From Phenylobacterium sp. (GTDB lineage Bacteria > Pseudomonadota > Alphaproteobacteria > Caulobacterales > Caulobacteraceae), in NCBI RefSeq assembly GCF_041913825.1, contig NZ_JAYSEO010000008.1, positions 128,047 through 192,046 on the forward strand: a stretch of 64,000 nt of DNA. Direction: 5' to 3'. The position numbers and the translations under genes were made by a program. The notes under the pieces are model-generated. The model was not told the origin of the DNA, did no database searches, and saw only the letters and a list, made by a program, of their open reading frames with translations. This document shows positions 45,183 through 53,274 of this stretch, piece after piece. Position 1 is the first letter of the stretch. The number at the start of each line of letters is the position of its first letter.

Positions 45183-46145
45183 GTGCCCGCCGTCACGGTC
45201 GCCATTCCCGCCTTCAAACCAGCGTACCTCTCACAGGCGATCGCGAGCGTTCTCGCGCAGAGCTTCGGAGATTTCGAGCTCCTGATTTCTGACGATTGCG
45301 CTGGTGATGAGGTGAAGACGGTCGTGGGCGGCTTTCGCGACCCGCGGATACGCCTGATTGAAGGGCCGCGCCAAGGCCTAGTGCCGAACAGCGTGCATCT
45401 GTGGGAGAATGCCGCTGGCGACATGCTGAAGTACGTCTACGATGACGACTTCCTCCTCCCCTTCTGCCTCGCCGAACTCACGACGGCGCTCAGCCAGGCT
45501 TCGGACGCGAACTTCGCCTTCTGTTTCCGGCACATCGTAGACGACGCCGGCTTGGTAACCGCTTCGCCGCGCGCGTTCGCCGGCGATCAGCTTCGGGCAT
45601 TCGACCGTGGCGTCGTCGCGCGTTGGATCACGCGGCACCTGATGAATCCTCTTGGCGAACCGACGAACCTGCTCATTCGCCGTTCAGCGTTCGCCAGCGC
45701 CCGATGCCTAGACAGCTTCGCTGGCCAGCGGGTCCGCCACCTCATCGATGTCTGCTTCTATCTGAACGCATCGCGTGAGGGTGGCTGCGTGGGCGTACCG
45801 GCGTTTCACGCGGCGTTCCGGCGGCACGCCGCTCAGGTCACATCATCCCAGACGGCTCCCGGGTTCTCTTTCGGCCTGCTCGAATGGGAGCTCTTCCTTC
45901 GTGGCGCGGTCGAAGCCGCGCTCGTCACACCACAAGAGGCGCTTGCCGCCATGCCGCGCATGGACCAGCTCTACCGAAGCTTCGAACGCGGTTTCCCCGA
46001 ACTCGCCCGGCGTCGCGCGAAGCTTCCGGAGTTGCGCACCGCCCTCGCCGGCGGCGAGACGCAGTTGCTGACGCACGACTTCTTGTCTGATCTCAAGTGG
46101 GCCGAGGAACTGGTGGCAAGCCGAAAGGCGGCGCACCCGGGCTGA
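45183..46145 (+). CDS. GT2 family glycosyltransferase
   Basis: GTG 45183. VTVAIPAFKPAYLSQAIASVLAQSF, LISDDCAGD and YDDDF motifs. Confidence 0.75.
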   Translation: MPAVTVAIPAFKPAYLSQAIASVLAQSFGDFELLISDDCAGDEVKTVVGGFRDPRIRLIEGPRQGLVPNSVHLWENAAGDMLKYVYDDDFLLPFCLAELTTALSQASDANFAFCFRHIVDDAGLVTASPRAFAGDQLRAFDRGVVARWITRHLMNPLGEPTNLLIRRSAFASARCLDSFAGQRVRHLIDVCFYLNASREGGCVGVPAFHAAFRRHAAQVTSSQTAPGFSFGLLEWELFLRGAVEAALVTPQEALAAMPRMDQLYRSFERGFPELARRRAKLPELRTALAGGETQLLTHDFLSDLKWAEELVASRKAAHPG

Positions 46146-46167
46146 GCCCGCTCGGGTTGAACCGGAC

Positions 46168-47184
46168 TCAGAGAACCTCCGCGAGCCGCTCGGGTTCGCA
46201 GACGAAGTGGGAATGGATCGGCTGCCTCTCATTGCGGACAGCCACTTCGCAGTACAGGTCGCGGACCTCGACGCCGACTGCCGCGCCCAGTCCGCGCCAG
46301 GCTGAAGTGCCCGTCCGGCATGGCTCAGGATAGAGCACCGTGACCTGGGCGTCTTGCGGGACAAGCAGCAGGTTGGCCGCCCAGGCCCCCGTCGGACCGA
46401 TCACGCGCGAGGCGGAGCTGAATATCCTGACTTGATCGACGAAGCTGAGCCCCCCCGGATCAATCACTTGGTACCCGGCGGCGGTGGCGAGTTGTTCCAA
46501 CTGCTCGCTGTTCACGAGGTCCCGGACAGGCGAGCGCCTGCGAATGAACAGCTTCCGCCGCTGATCGCCAGCCAGTCTGGCAACCAGGGGCGCCAAAACT
46601 TCCCGAAGGCGTCGGATCGCAGGCCAATCATATTCGTAGCTGGAAACGCTCCCGTCGGTCAGCTCCGCGGCATGAGCCGCGGGCGGCGCCGCTACGACAC
46701 GGGTGCACATTACGCTCTGATTCAGCCTGAGCTGGAGGAACGTCGGCCGTGCGCGCCCGAGACAGTACTGCAGCGCCCACCACATGTTAGGATGGAGGAT
46801 GCCGGTCACCAGAGTGGTGTCAGGGGTTATGTGTCCGCTCTCGTTGAGAGCGACGATGGATGGCAGGGCCTCAATGAGGAAGTGGTAGTAGTTGTTCGGG
46901 TGGATCAGGTTGAGGGGCACCGCATCCCCCTCTAGGCGAGCAACGCGACGCGGCGGCTGCGCGAAGACAAACCTCGCCCCGCCATCGCTCCGGGTGATTC
47001 GCCCCATCACCTCTTCCTGCAGATATTCTCTAGTCGGATTGAAAGGATGCAGGAGGCTCCCCCGGGCCAGGTCGGAAGAAAACACCATAGAGGAGCCCGC
47101 TACCAAGGTGGCGTCCTGGAACTTGTGAACGGCCGATCGCTCCAGGCTGGTCACGGCCATACCGACCACCGGCGCCTCACCCAT
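46168..47184 (-). CDS. GT61/DUF563-type glycosyltransferase candidate
   Basis: ATG 47184 shares 1 nt with the upstream TGA. HPNNYYHFLIEALPSIVAL and the C-terminal VIGPTGAWAANLL pattern are typical of DUF563 (from memory). Confidence 0.65.
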   Translation of the reverse strand: MGEAPVVGMAVTSLERSAVHKFQDATLVAGSSMVFSSDLARGSLLHPFNPTREYLQEEVMGRITRSDGGARFVFAQPPRRVARLEGDAVPLNLIHPNNYYHFLIEALPSIVALNESGHITPDTTLVTGILHPNMWWALQYCLGRARPTFLQLRLNQSVMCTRVVAAPPAAHAAELTDGSVSSYEYDWPAIRRLREVLAPLVARLAGDQRRKLFIRRRSPVRDLVNSEQLEQLATAAGYQVIDPGGLSFVDQVRIFSSASRVIGPTGAWAANLLLVPQDAQVTVLYPEPCRTGTSAWRGLGAAVGVEVRDLYCEVAVRNERQPIHSHFVCEPERLAEVL

Positions 47185-48530
47185 CAGCCCGCGTCCAGCA
47201 CGAATGCCTCGAACCGCCCTAGTTCGCTTCTCAGCTCGGCCGTATAGGTGTCGGAGCGCAATCCGACGCTTAGCCCGGCACATTCGACGATCGCGCACTG
47301 CATCTGATCGGGACGCTCGACCGAGCGCCAGCCGGAGAGCGGCAGGTCGAAGCGGTAGAGCGGCGGCAGATTGGGATCCAGCGGCACCAGAAGGGGAATG
47401 CGGGCCGAGAGGGCCTCGAGGTTCGCCCTCCCCCCGGTCTCGGGAGCGCTCGAAATGTAGACATCGATCCCGCGCCTCAGGAGTTCAGCGCGAAGACTGG
47501 CCACAGGGCCGACAAAGCTGTAGCGCGTCGGGTCGATCCCGGCTTCGGTGAGGCTCCCACGGATTTCATTGGCGAAGGCCTCGTCCACCGGCCCCATATG
47601 AGTCATGACCGCGTCATGGCCCTGCAGGCAGGCCACCGCCCAGTCGGCCCAGCGAAAATGTCCAGGGTAGCGGTACTTCTTGAGGTGCCCGCACGTGGCG
47701 AGCCGCAGTGGCCCGGTTGAGTCGCGCAGCGGCGGCATGGTGATGTCCAAGCCCGGGACCGTCATCGAGGAGTAGATCGCCGATACGCCGTAGACCCCGC
47801 AATGGTGATGAACACCGTAGGTGGGATCGGCGTGCGTCGCGTACGGCAGGGTCGCTCCGAGGCAGGGTTCATGGTCGCAGTGGTGGATGAAATCCGTGAT
47901 GCTGCGGAATGGGTAGGTCGCGGCCACGGCGCAAGAATCCAGGTGATTGTTGAGAAGGAAGATCCGCGTCGGCTGGATCGCGCAGAGGATGCTGTAGAGC
48001 TCCATCGTGCGTTCCGACATCGTTGGGGCTTTTAGCAGGATGAACGCTCGGTGCTCGAGCCCGATGCCGTCCATCCTTCCCTGCAACAGAGCGCCGTATG
48101 GGGTGTTGAGGTAGGTCTCCGTCAGGATGATTGTGACGCGGGCGCCCCCGATGAGGCGACTAATGTCGGCTGCGATGCGGGTATGTCCTCCGACCTGGAA
48201 GAACTGGCTTGCGACGATGCAGACATTCTCGTTGCTCTTGGCGCCCGGCCGGTCGTGCAGCCGAAGCACCTCGCCGACGTGAGGGATCGCTTTGTCCAGG
48301 TCTGGGGTGAAGAGCTTGTAGCCCTGTGCGCCCGGGGCCAGGACAGGATTGTAGAGCAGCAAGATCTTCTTGAGAATAGAATCCAGGTCCTTCGGTGACC
48401 CCGCGTTCTGGACTGCCTCCGCCAATTCGGGGCTGAGCTGCTCCAGATCCAACGTCCGTGCTCCTTTACGCCGGCCAGTGCGGAGCGTTCGCCCGGCTGA
48501 TTGACTGCGCCGTCGCAGACGCGCGAACAT
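47184..48530 (-). CDS. Hypothetical protein, GT-B-like outline with a central His/Cys cluster
   Basis: 448 aa. NVCIVASQFFQVGGHTRIA (GT4-like N-terminal motif), ...DVYISSAPETGGRANLEALSARIPLLV (GT-B C-terminal-like), and a central FIHHCDHEPC...HHHCG. No confident family. Confidence 0.5.
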   Translation of the reverse strand: MFARLRRRSQSAGRTLRTGRRKGARTLDLEQLSPELAEAVQNAGSPKDLDSILKKILLLYNPVLAPGAQGYKLFTPDLDKAIPHVGEVLRLHDRPGAKSNENVCIVASQFFQVGGHTRIAADISRLIGGARVTIILTETYLNTPYGALLQGRMDGIGLEHRAFILLKAPTMSERTMELYSILCAIQPTRIFLLNNHLDSCAVAATYPFRSITDFIHHCDHEPCLGATLPYATHADPTYGVHHHCGVYGVSAIYSSMTVPGLDITMPPLRDSTGPLRLATCGHLKKYRYPGHFRWADWAVACLQGHDAVMTHMGPVDEAFANEIRGSLTEAGIDPTRYSFVGPVASLRAELLRRGIDVYISSAPETGGRANLEALSARIPLLVPLDPNLPPLYRFDLPLSGWRSVERPDQMQCAIVECAGLSVGLRSDTYTAELRSELGRFEAFVLDAG

Positions 48531-48579
48531 TCGTCAACATACACCGGCGCCGCCGAGCCCGCCCGAACGCCGGCGGATC

Positions 48580-49347
48580 GTGGCGGCAAACAAGGCCAAG
48601 CGACGACCAGTGATCCACCCCACAGCGCATGTCGATCCGAACGCACGCCTCGGCTCCCATACCACCGTTGGGCCGTACACCATTATCCATGGTAACGTGG
48701 AGATCGGCGATGGTTGCTCGATCGGCAGCCACTGCGAGATCGGCCACCCAACTCCACTCTCGGGCGGGCGCGCGCTCGTACTGGAGCGCCGCGCCCTGAT
48801 CCGCTCGCACAGCGTGCTCTACGAGGGATCGCGGATCGGAGAGGGACTCCGGACGGGGCACCACGTGACGATCCGGGAGGGCGCAAAGATCGGTGCGGAT
48901 TGCCAACTGGGTACGCTGACCGACATCCAGGGCGACTGCCATATCGGCGAGCATTTCCGCAGCCACAGCAACGTGCACATCGGGAAAGCCTCCATCATCG
49001 GCGCTTACGTCTGGATCTTCCCCTATGTGGTGCTGACCAACGACCCCAACCCTCCCAGCGACCTATGCGAGGGCTGCGAGATCGGCGACTATGCCGTCAT
49101 AGCGACCATGTCGGTGGTGCTGCCCGGGGTGAAAATAGGCGCGCACGCTGTGGTGGGCGCCCATTCGTCCGTCACCCGGGACGTCGAGCCCGGAGCCCTG
49201 GTTCTCGGGAATCCTGCGCGGTTCATCAAGCCTGCTTCGGAGGTGAAGATGCGGGATGGGTCGGGGCAGCCCGCCTATCCGTGGCCTCTGCGGTTCCGAA
49301 GGGGCTATCCGGCGGCCGCGCCACCCGGCGACGAGGAGCTCAGCTGA
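48580..49347 (+). CDS. Left-handed beta-helix (hexapeptide-repeat) acyltransferase, sugar N-acetyltransferase candidate (FdtC/QdtC-like role)
   Basis: Hexapeptide repeats, e.g. VEIGDGCSIGSHCEIG and AKIGADCQLGTLTDIQGDCHIG. The start is GTG 48580 or GTG 48610. Confidence 0.8.
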   Translation: MAANKAKRRPVIHPTAHVDPNARLGSHTTVGPYTIIHGNVEIGDGCSIGSHCEIGHPTPLSGGRALVLERRALIRSHSVLYEGSRIGEGLRTGHHVTIREGAKIGADCQLGTLTDIQGDCHIGEHFRSHSNVHIGKASIIGAYVWIFPYVVLTNDPNPPSDLCEGCEIGDYAVIATMSVVLPGVKIGAHAVVGAHSSVTRDVEPGALVLGNPARFIKPASEVKMRDGSGQPAYPWPLRFRRGYPAAAPPGDEELS

Positions 49348-49444
49348 GCGGGCGCAAGGATCAGCGGCCGCCGCTTGTCAGGCCGCGTTGTCGTCGTTCA
49401 TACCAGCCCGACTGGCGACACTGGGCGCCTCTGGTGGAGTGCTA

Positions 49445-49852
49445 ATGTCAGCCGAGCTCAGCAAGTTCATCGATCTGCCGGTCGTTTCCGATCCGCGAGG
49501 CAACCTGTGCTTCGTAGAGTCAAACCGACACGTGCCGTTCCCGATCGAGCGAGTGTATTATCTCTATGACGTTCCGAGCGGATCAATCCGCGCTGGCCAT
49601 GCCCACAAGGCGCTCCACCAGTTGCTTGTCCCCGTCTCGGGAAGCTTCGATGTTCGTCTGCACGACGGCCGGCTGGAACAGACCGTCACGTTGAACCGCC
49701 CCAACCGAGGGCTGCACATCGGTCCGATGCTGTGGCGCGAGATCGAGAACTTCTCGTCCGGGTCTGTTTGCCTTGTGCTTGCGTCCACCCACTACGAAGA
49801 AGCCGACTACATCCGCGACTTCGATGAGTTTCTAACGCAGGCGCGGGCATGA
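49445..49852 (+). CDS. FdtA/QdtA/WxcM-type cupin: dTDP-4-keto-6-deoxyhexose 3,4-ketoisomerase candidate
   Basis: ATG 49445. DPRGNLCFVE, YYLYDVP and IRAGHAHKALHQLLV motifs. 135 aa. Confidence 0.8.
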   Translation: MSAELSKFIDLPVVSDPRGNLCFVESNRHVPFPIERVYYLYDVPSGSIRAGHAHKALHQLLVPVSGSFDVRLHDGRLEQTVTLNRPNRGLHIGPMLWREIENFSSGSVCLVLASTHYEEADYIRDFDEFLTQARA

Positions 49853-50937
49853 GGTTCTTCGACCTGGGCCTGGAGGGCAGGAGCCTCCGGCTTGAGTTGA
49901 GAGAAGCTTTCGAGCGGGTGCTCGACTCCGGTTGGGTCATTCTGGGGCCGGAAGTTGAAGCCTTCGAGGCCGAGTTCGCGGCCGTTTGCGGCGTCGAGCA
50001 CGCGATCGGCGTTGGCAACGGCCTGGACGCACTCACTCTCGCCCTCAGAGCCGCCGGCGTCGGGCCGGGGAGCGAAGTGATCGCTCCATCCCACACGTTC
50101 GTCGCTACTTGGCTGGCCGTTGAGGCGGTCGGGGCGCGGGTGAGGCCGGTCGAACCCGATCCTCTCACGCTGACCATCGACCCTGCAGCGGTGGCTGCAG
50201 CGGTGAACGATCGCACGGCGGCGATTCTGCCGGTCTCCCTATATGGCCACCCCGTCGACATCGAGCCGCTAATGGCGGTAGCGGAGCGATATGGGCTCTT
50301 TGTCCTCGAGGATGCGGCGCAAGCCCACGGAGCCGCATACCACGGACGACCCGTTGGCTCCCTAGCGCACGCGACGGCGTTCAGCTTCTATCCGACCAAG
50401 AACTTGGGCGCGTTAGGCGATGCCGGCGCCGTAACTACGTCCGATGCAGCTTTCGCTGACCGACTTCGTCTGCTTCGGAACTACGGTTCACGCCAAAAAT
50501 ACCTTCACGAGGTCTCCGGCGTGAATTCGCGGCTGGACGAGCTTCAGGCGGCCTTCCTCCGTGTCCGGCTGCGCCACCTAGCCGAGGCGAACGCGCGACG
50601 GCGGGAGCGTGCCGCCGTGTACACCGAGCACCTGCGCGACCTTCCAGTCGTAGCGCCGCGCGAGGCGAACTGGGCCACGCACGTTTATCATCTCTATGTG
50701 ATCAGGTCGCAGCACCGAGATGCGCTGCAGGCAAATTTGTCGGCGAGCGGGATCGAGACGCTCGTTCACTACCCTAGGCCTTGCCACCTCCAACCGGCTT
50801 TCGCGCATCTCGGCTTCAGGGCCGGGGATTTCCCGCTCGCCGAACGCCTGGCGTCCGAAGTCCTGTCGCTGCCGCTGTGGCCGGAGATGCCGCTCGAAGC
50901 GGTGAAGGAGGTGGCGCGCGCCGTGCGCGCCGGCTAG
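49849..50937 (+). CDS. DegT/DnrJ/EryC1/StrS family sugar aminotransferase (FdtB/QdtB-like role)
   Basis: ATGA overlap with the isomerase. GNGLDAL, EDAAQAHGA and FSFYPTKNLGALGDAG (PLP lysine) motifs. Confidence 0.88.
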   Translation: MRFFDLGLEGRSLRLELREAFERVLDSGWVILGPEVEAFEAEFAAVCGVEHAIGVGNGLDALTLALRAAGVGPGSEVIAPSHTFVATWLAVEAVGARVRPVEPDPLTLTIDPAAVAAAVNDRTAAILPVSLYGHPVDIEPLMAVAERYGLFVLEDAAQAHGAAYHGRPVGSLAHATAFSFYPTKNLGALGDAGAVTTSDAAFADRLRLLRNYGSRQKYLHEVSGVNSRLDELQAAFLRVRLRHLAEANARRRERAAVYTEHLRDLPVVAPREANWATHVYHLYVIRSQHRDALQANLSASGIETLVHYPRPCHLQPAFAHLGFRAGDFPLAERLASEVLSLPLWPEMPLEAVKEVARAVRAG

Positions 50938-53177
50938 CGCGCCAGCGCCTCGCGCAGGCCAGGGAGGCGGTCCAGCACGCCGGCGGTGAGCGCCTCGCGC
51001 CGGGCCCAGAGGTCCTGATACCAGCGGCGGCGCTCCGGAAGCTGGCCGGCGAACATCCGCTCGGCGCGGACGTACCGCCAGGCCCGCCGGGCCATCGCCA
51101 GCCGCGCCGGCTCGTCGGCCAGGAGCTCGGTGAGCAGCGGCGCCCACTCCTCCAACCGCCGGGCGATCATGCCGGTCTCCCGATGCCGCACGGTCGCGGC
51201 GTAGATGGCCGGCGAGGCCAGGGTGACGACGCCACGCGCGGAGGCCTCGACGAACTTCAGGTCGCTCTTGGTGTCCTGCAGGGGGTTGTCGTCCACCGGC
51301 GAGAGCGACACCGCGCAGGCGGACATCTGCGCCAGGTAGTCGGGGTAGGACATGTAGTCGAGGAACCGCTTGTTGGCGGCCGGAAGGGCCTCGAAGACGC
51401 CACGGTCCCCGATCACCACCCACTCTACCTCCGGGAAGGCCTCGGCCACGGGACCGAGGGTGCGCGCAACCGCGACCGCGAAGGGCCCGCGGGTCACGGC
51501 CCCGTAGAACACCCGCCGCGGCGCCGGCGCTTCGGGCATCGGCGCCAGCTCGAACGCGCAGTTCGGGAAGATCTTCACCTCGGGATTGTACCGGCCGAAG
51601 GCCTCCGCGAGCGCCGGCGTGGAGGTCTGCACGGCATGCACATAGGCGAACCGCTCCCAGCTTCCCGGCTCGGCCGGACGGCCGGTGACCTGGGCGATCA
51701 GCTCGGGATGGTCGTCGGCCTCCATGACGGTCAGCCAGCCGCGCCGGATCGTCTCGGCCATGCCCTTGCGCCAGTCGTCGGCGCCCACCAGCGCCGGACG
51801 CTGGAGGACGAGCACCTTGGGCGCCTCGGGCTCGATGTCGTCCACGCGGAAGGTCGGCCCGCAGAGCGCCACGCGCAGGGCCGGATCGGTGCGCAGCCCC
51901 TCGGCGGGCAGGCGGGTGCGCACGTCCATCAGCCTGGGCGCGAAGGTGGCGAGCCGCAGGAAGAGCGGCGTGGCGGCCGGCGCCTTGCGGGCCAGCGCCA
52001 GGAGCTGTGGCGAGGCCTGGTCCGGCGTCGGGCCGAGGACGGGCCAGAGGTCCACCGGCCGGTCGTCGAAGGCCTCGGCGTCGGGCGCGGGCGGGGTTAG
52101 CCGCACCATGGAGAACGGCGGCCGCGCCAGGGCGGCGGCGTCGACCGGGGCGGCGCAGGCGAGCACCGTCCCGCCGCCGGCGGCGAGGGCGGCGAGCCGG
52201 CCGGCGTCGGCCGCGCGGAAGGACTCCGCCAGCACCAGGTCGAAGGGCCCCGCCGGCGCCGCGTCGAGCGCCTCGGCCACCTCCAGCCTGGCCAGCGGGT
52301 TCCGGCGCCGGTAGGCGGCGGCGAACGCGGCCTGGGCCGCGCCCACATAGAGCACCCGCTCGGCCGCCACGGGCGCTCGGCCGAGCAGGGCCGCGTCGTT
52401 GGCCGACAGCGGCCGCACGGGGCCGAGCCGCGCCACCGCCTCCACCAGGATCGCCTTCAGGAACAGCGGCGCCTGGAAGGGCACGTTGTGGCCCGCGGCG
52501 GGCGCCACATGGACCACCACGTTCGGCTGGCGGCCCAGCCAGTCCCGCTCCGCCGTGTCCACGAAGCTGGGATAGGTCTCCTCGGTGCGCGGCGGCATCA
52601 GCGGCCGGTCGCCGACGACCACGTCCACCGGCGGCTCCAGTCCCTCGAAAAGGTCGAAGTAGGTGACCTCGCGCGCGGCCTCCGGCGTCACCCCGAACAC
52701 CCGGTCGGCGAAGGCGCGCAGGTTCGGGTCGTCGGGCGCCGCGGCCACCTTCTCCGCCAGCGGCCCGCGCATGGGCCAGAGCTTGCTCATCACCAGCGGC
52801 GGCTCCACCGCGACGACCCGGCGCACGTTCGGCGCGCGGACCGCGAGTGTCACCAGCGCGCCGATCGAGACACCCAGCAGGATCACCGGCCGATCCGGGA
52901 AGGCCTGGGCGATCACCGCCTCCAGCGCCCGGGCGTAAGGCCGCACGCCCGTTTCGCGCAGGGCCGGGGTGTGGTTGCCCGGCAGGTGCATCAGGAAGCA
53001 GTCGCAGGCCTCGCCCATCACCTGCGGCAGCCGGCTCATGGTGTCCGGGCCGGCGAAGGCGCCGGTCACGGTGACGATCACCGGCTTGGCGGACTCGAAC
53101 GCGCCCGCCGCGTGCCAGAGCGGCGTCACACCCAGCTCGCTCTGGAAGTCCGTGCGCGTCAGCGACGCCAGGCTCAA
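50934..53177 (-). CDS. Multidomain protein: alpha/beta-hydrolase-like N-terminus, Rossmann-like middle, GT-B-like C-terminus
   Basis: Frame of ORF 50934..53294. The preferred start is TTG 53177, with GGGGGA 6 nt upstream; this avoids the 5' overlap with the divergent gene. GVSIG nucleophile-elbow motif. C-terminal ...FVEASARGVVTLASPAIY is GT-like. Confidence 0.6.
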   Translation of the reverse strand: MSLASLTRTDFQSELGVTPLWHAAGAFESAKPVIVTVTGAFAGPDTMSRLPQVMGEACDCFLMHLPGNHTPALRETGVRPYARALEAVIAQAFPDRPVILLGVSIGALVTLAVRAPNVRRVVAVEPPLVMSKLWPMRGPLAEKVAAAPDDPNLRAFADRVFGVTPEAAREVTYFDLFEGLEPPVDVVVGDRPLMPPRTEETYPSFVDTAERDWLGRQPNVVVHVAPAAGHNVPFQAPLFLKAILVEAVARLGPVRPLSANDAALLGRAPVAAERVLYVGAAQAAFAAAYRRRNPLARLEVAEALDAAPAGPFDLVLAESFRAADAGRLAALAAGGGTVLACAAPVDAAALARPPFSMVRLTPPAPDAEAFDDRPVDLWPVLGPTPDQASPQLLALARKAPAATPLFLRLATFAPRLMDVRTRLPAEGLRTDPALRVALCGPTFRVDDIEPEAPKVLVLQRPALVGADDWRKGMAETIRRGWLTVMEADDHPELIAQVTGRPAEPGSWERFAYVHAVQTSTPALAEAFGRYNPEVKIFPNCAFELAPMPEAPAPRRVFYGAVTRGPFAVAVARTLGPVAEAFPEVEWVVIGDRGVFEALPAANKRFLDYMSYPDYLAQMSACAVSLSPVDDNPLQDTKSDLKFVEASARGVVTLASPAIYAATVRHRETGMIARRLEEWAPLLTELLADEPARLAMARRAWRYVRAERMFAGQLPERRRWYQDLWARREALTAGVLDRLPGLREALAR

Positions 53178-53274
53178 CTCGCATCCCCCGTTTTGGCGAT
53201 GGCCCTGCCTAGCGGGTCGCGGCGGCGCGTAAAAGCCTTCTCGCCGCGCCTGCGGGCCGGCATAGGAGGGGTCG

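Noticed and set aside
46146-46195. Short direct repeat CGCTCGGGTT (46149 and 46186) between and within the convergent GT2 and GT61 genes, as possible island-internal att-like repeats
   Set aside because: It is only a 10-mer, one copy is inside coding sequence, and chance occurrence is plausible.
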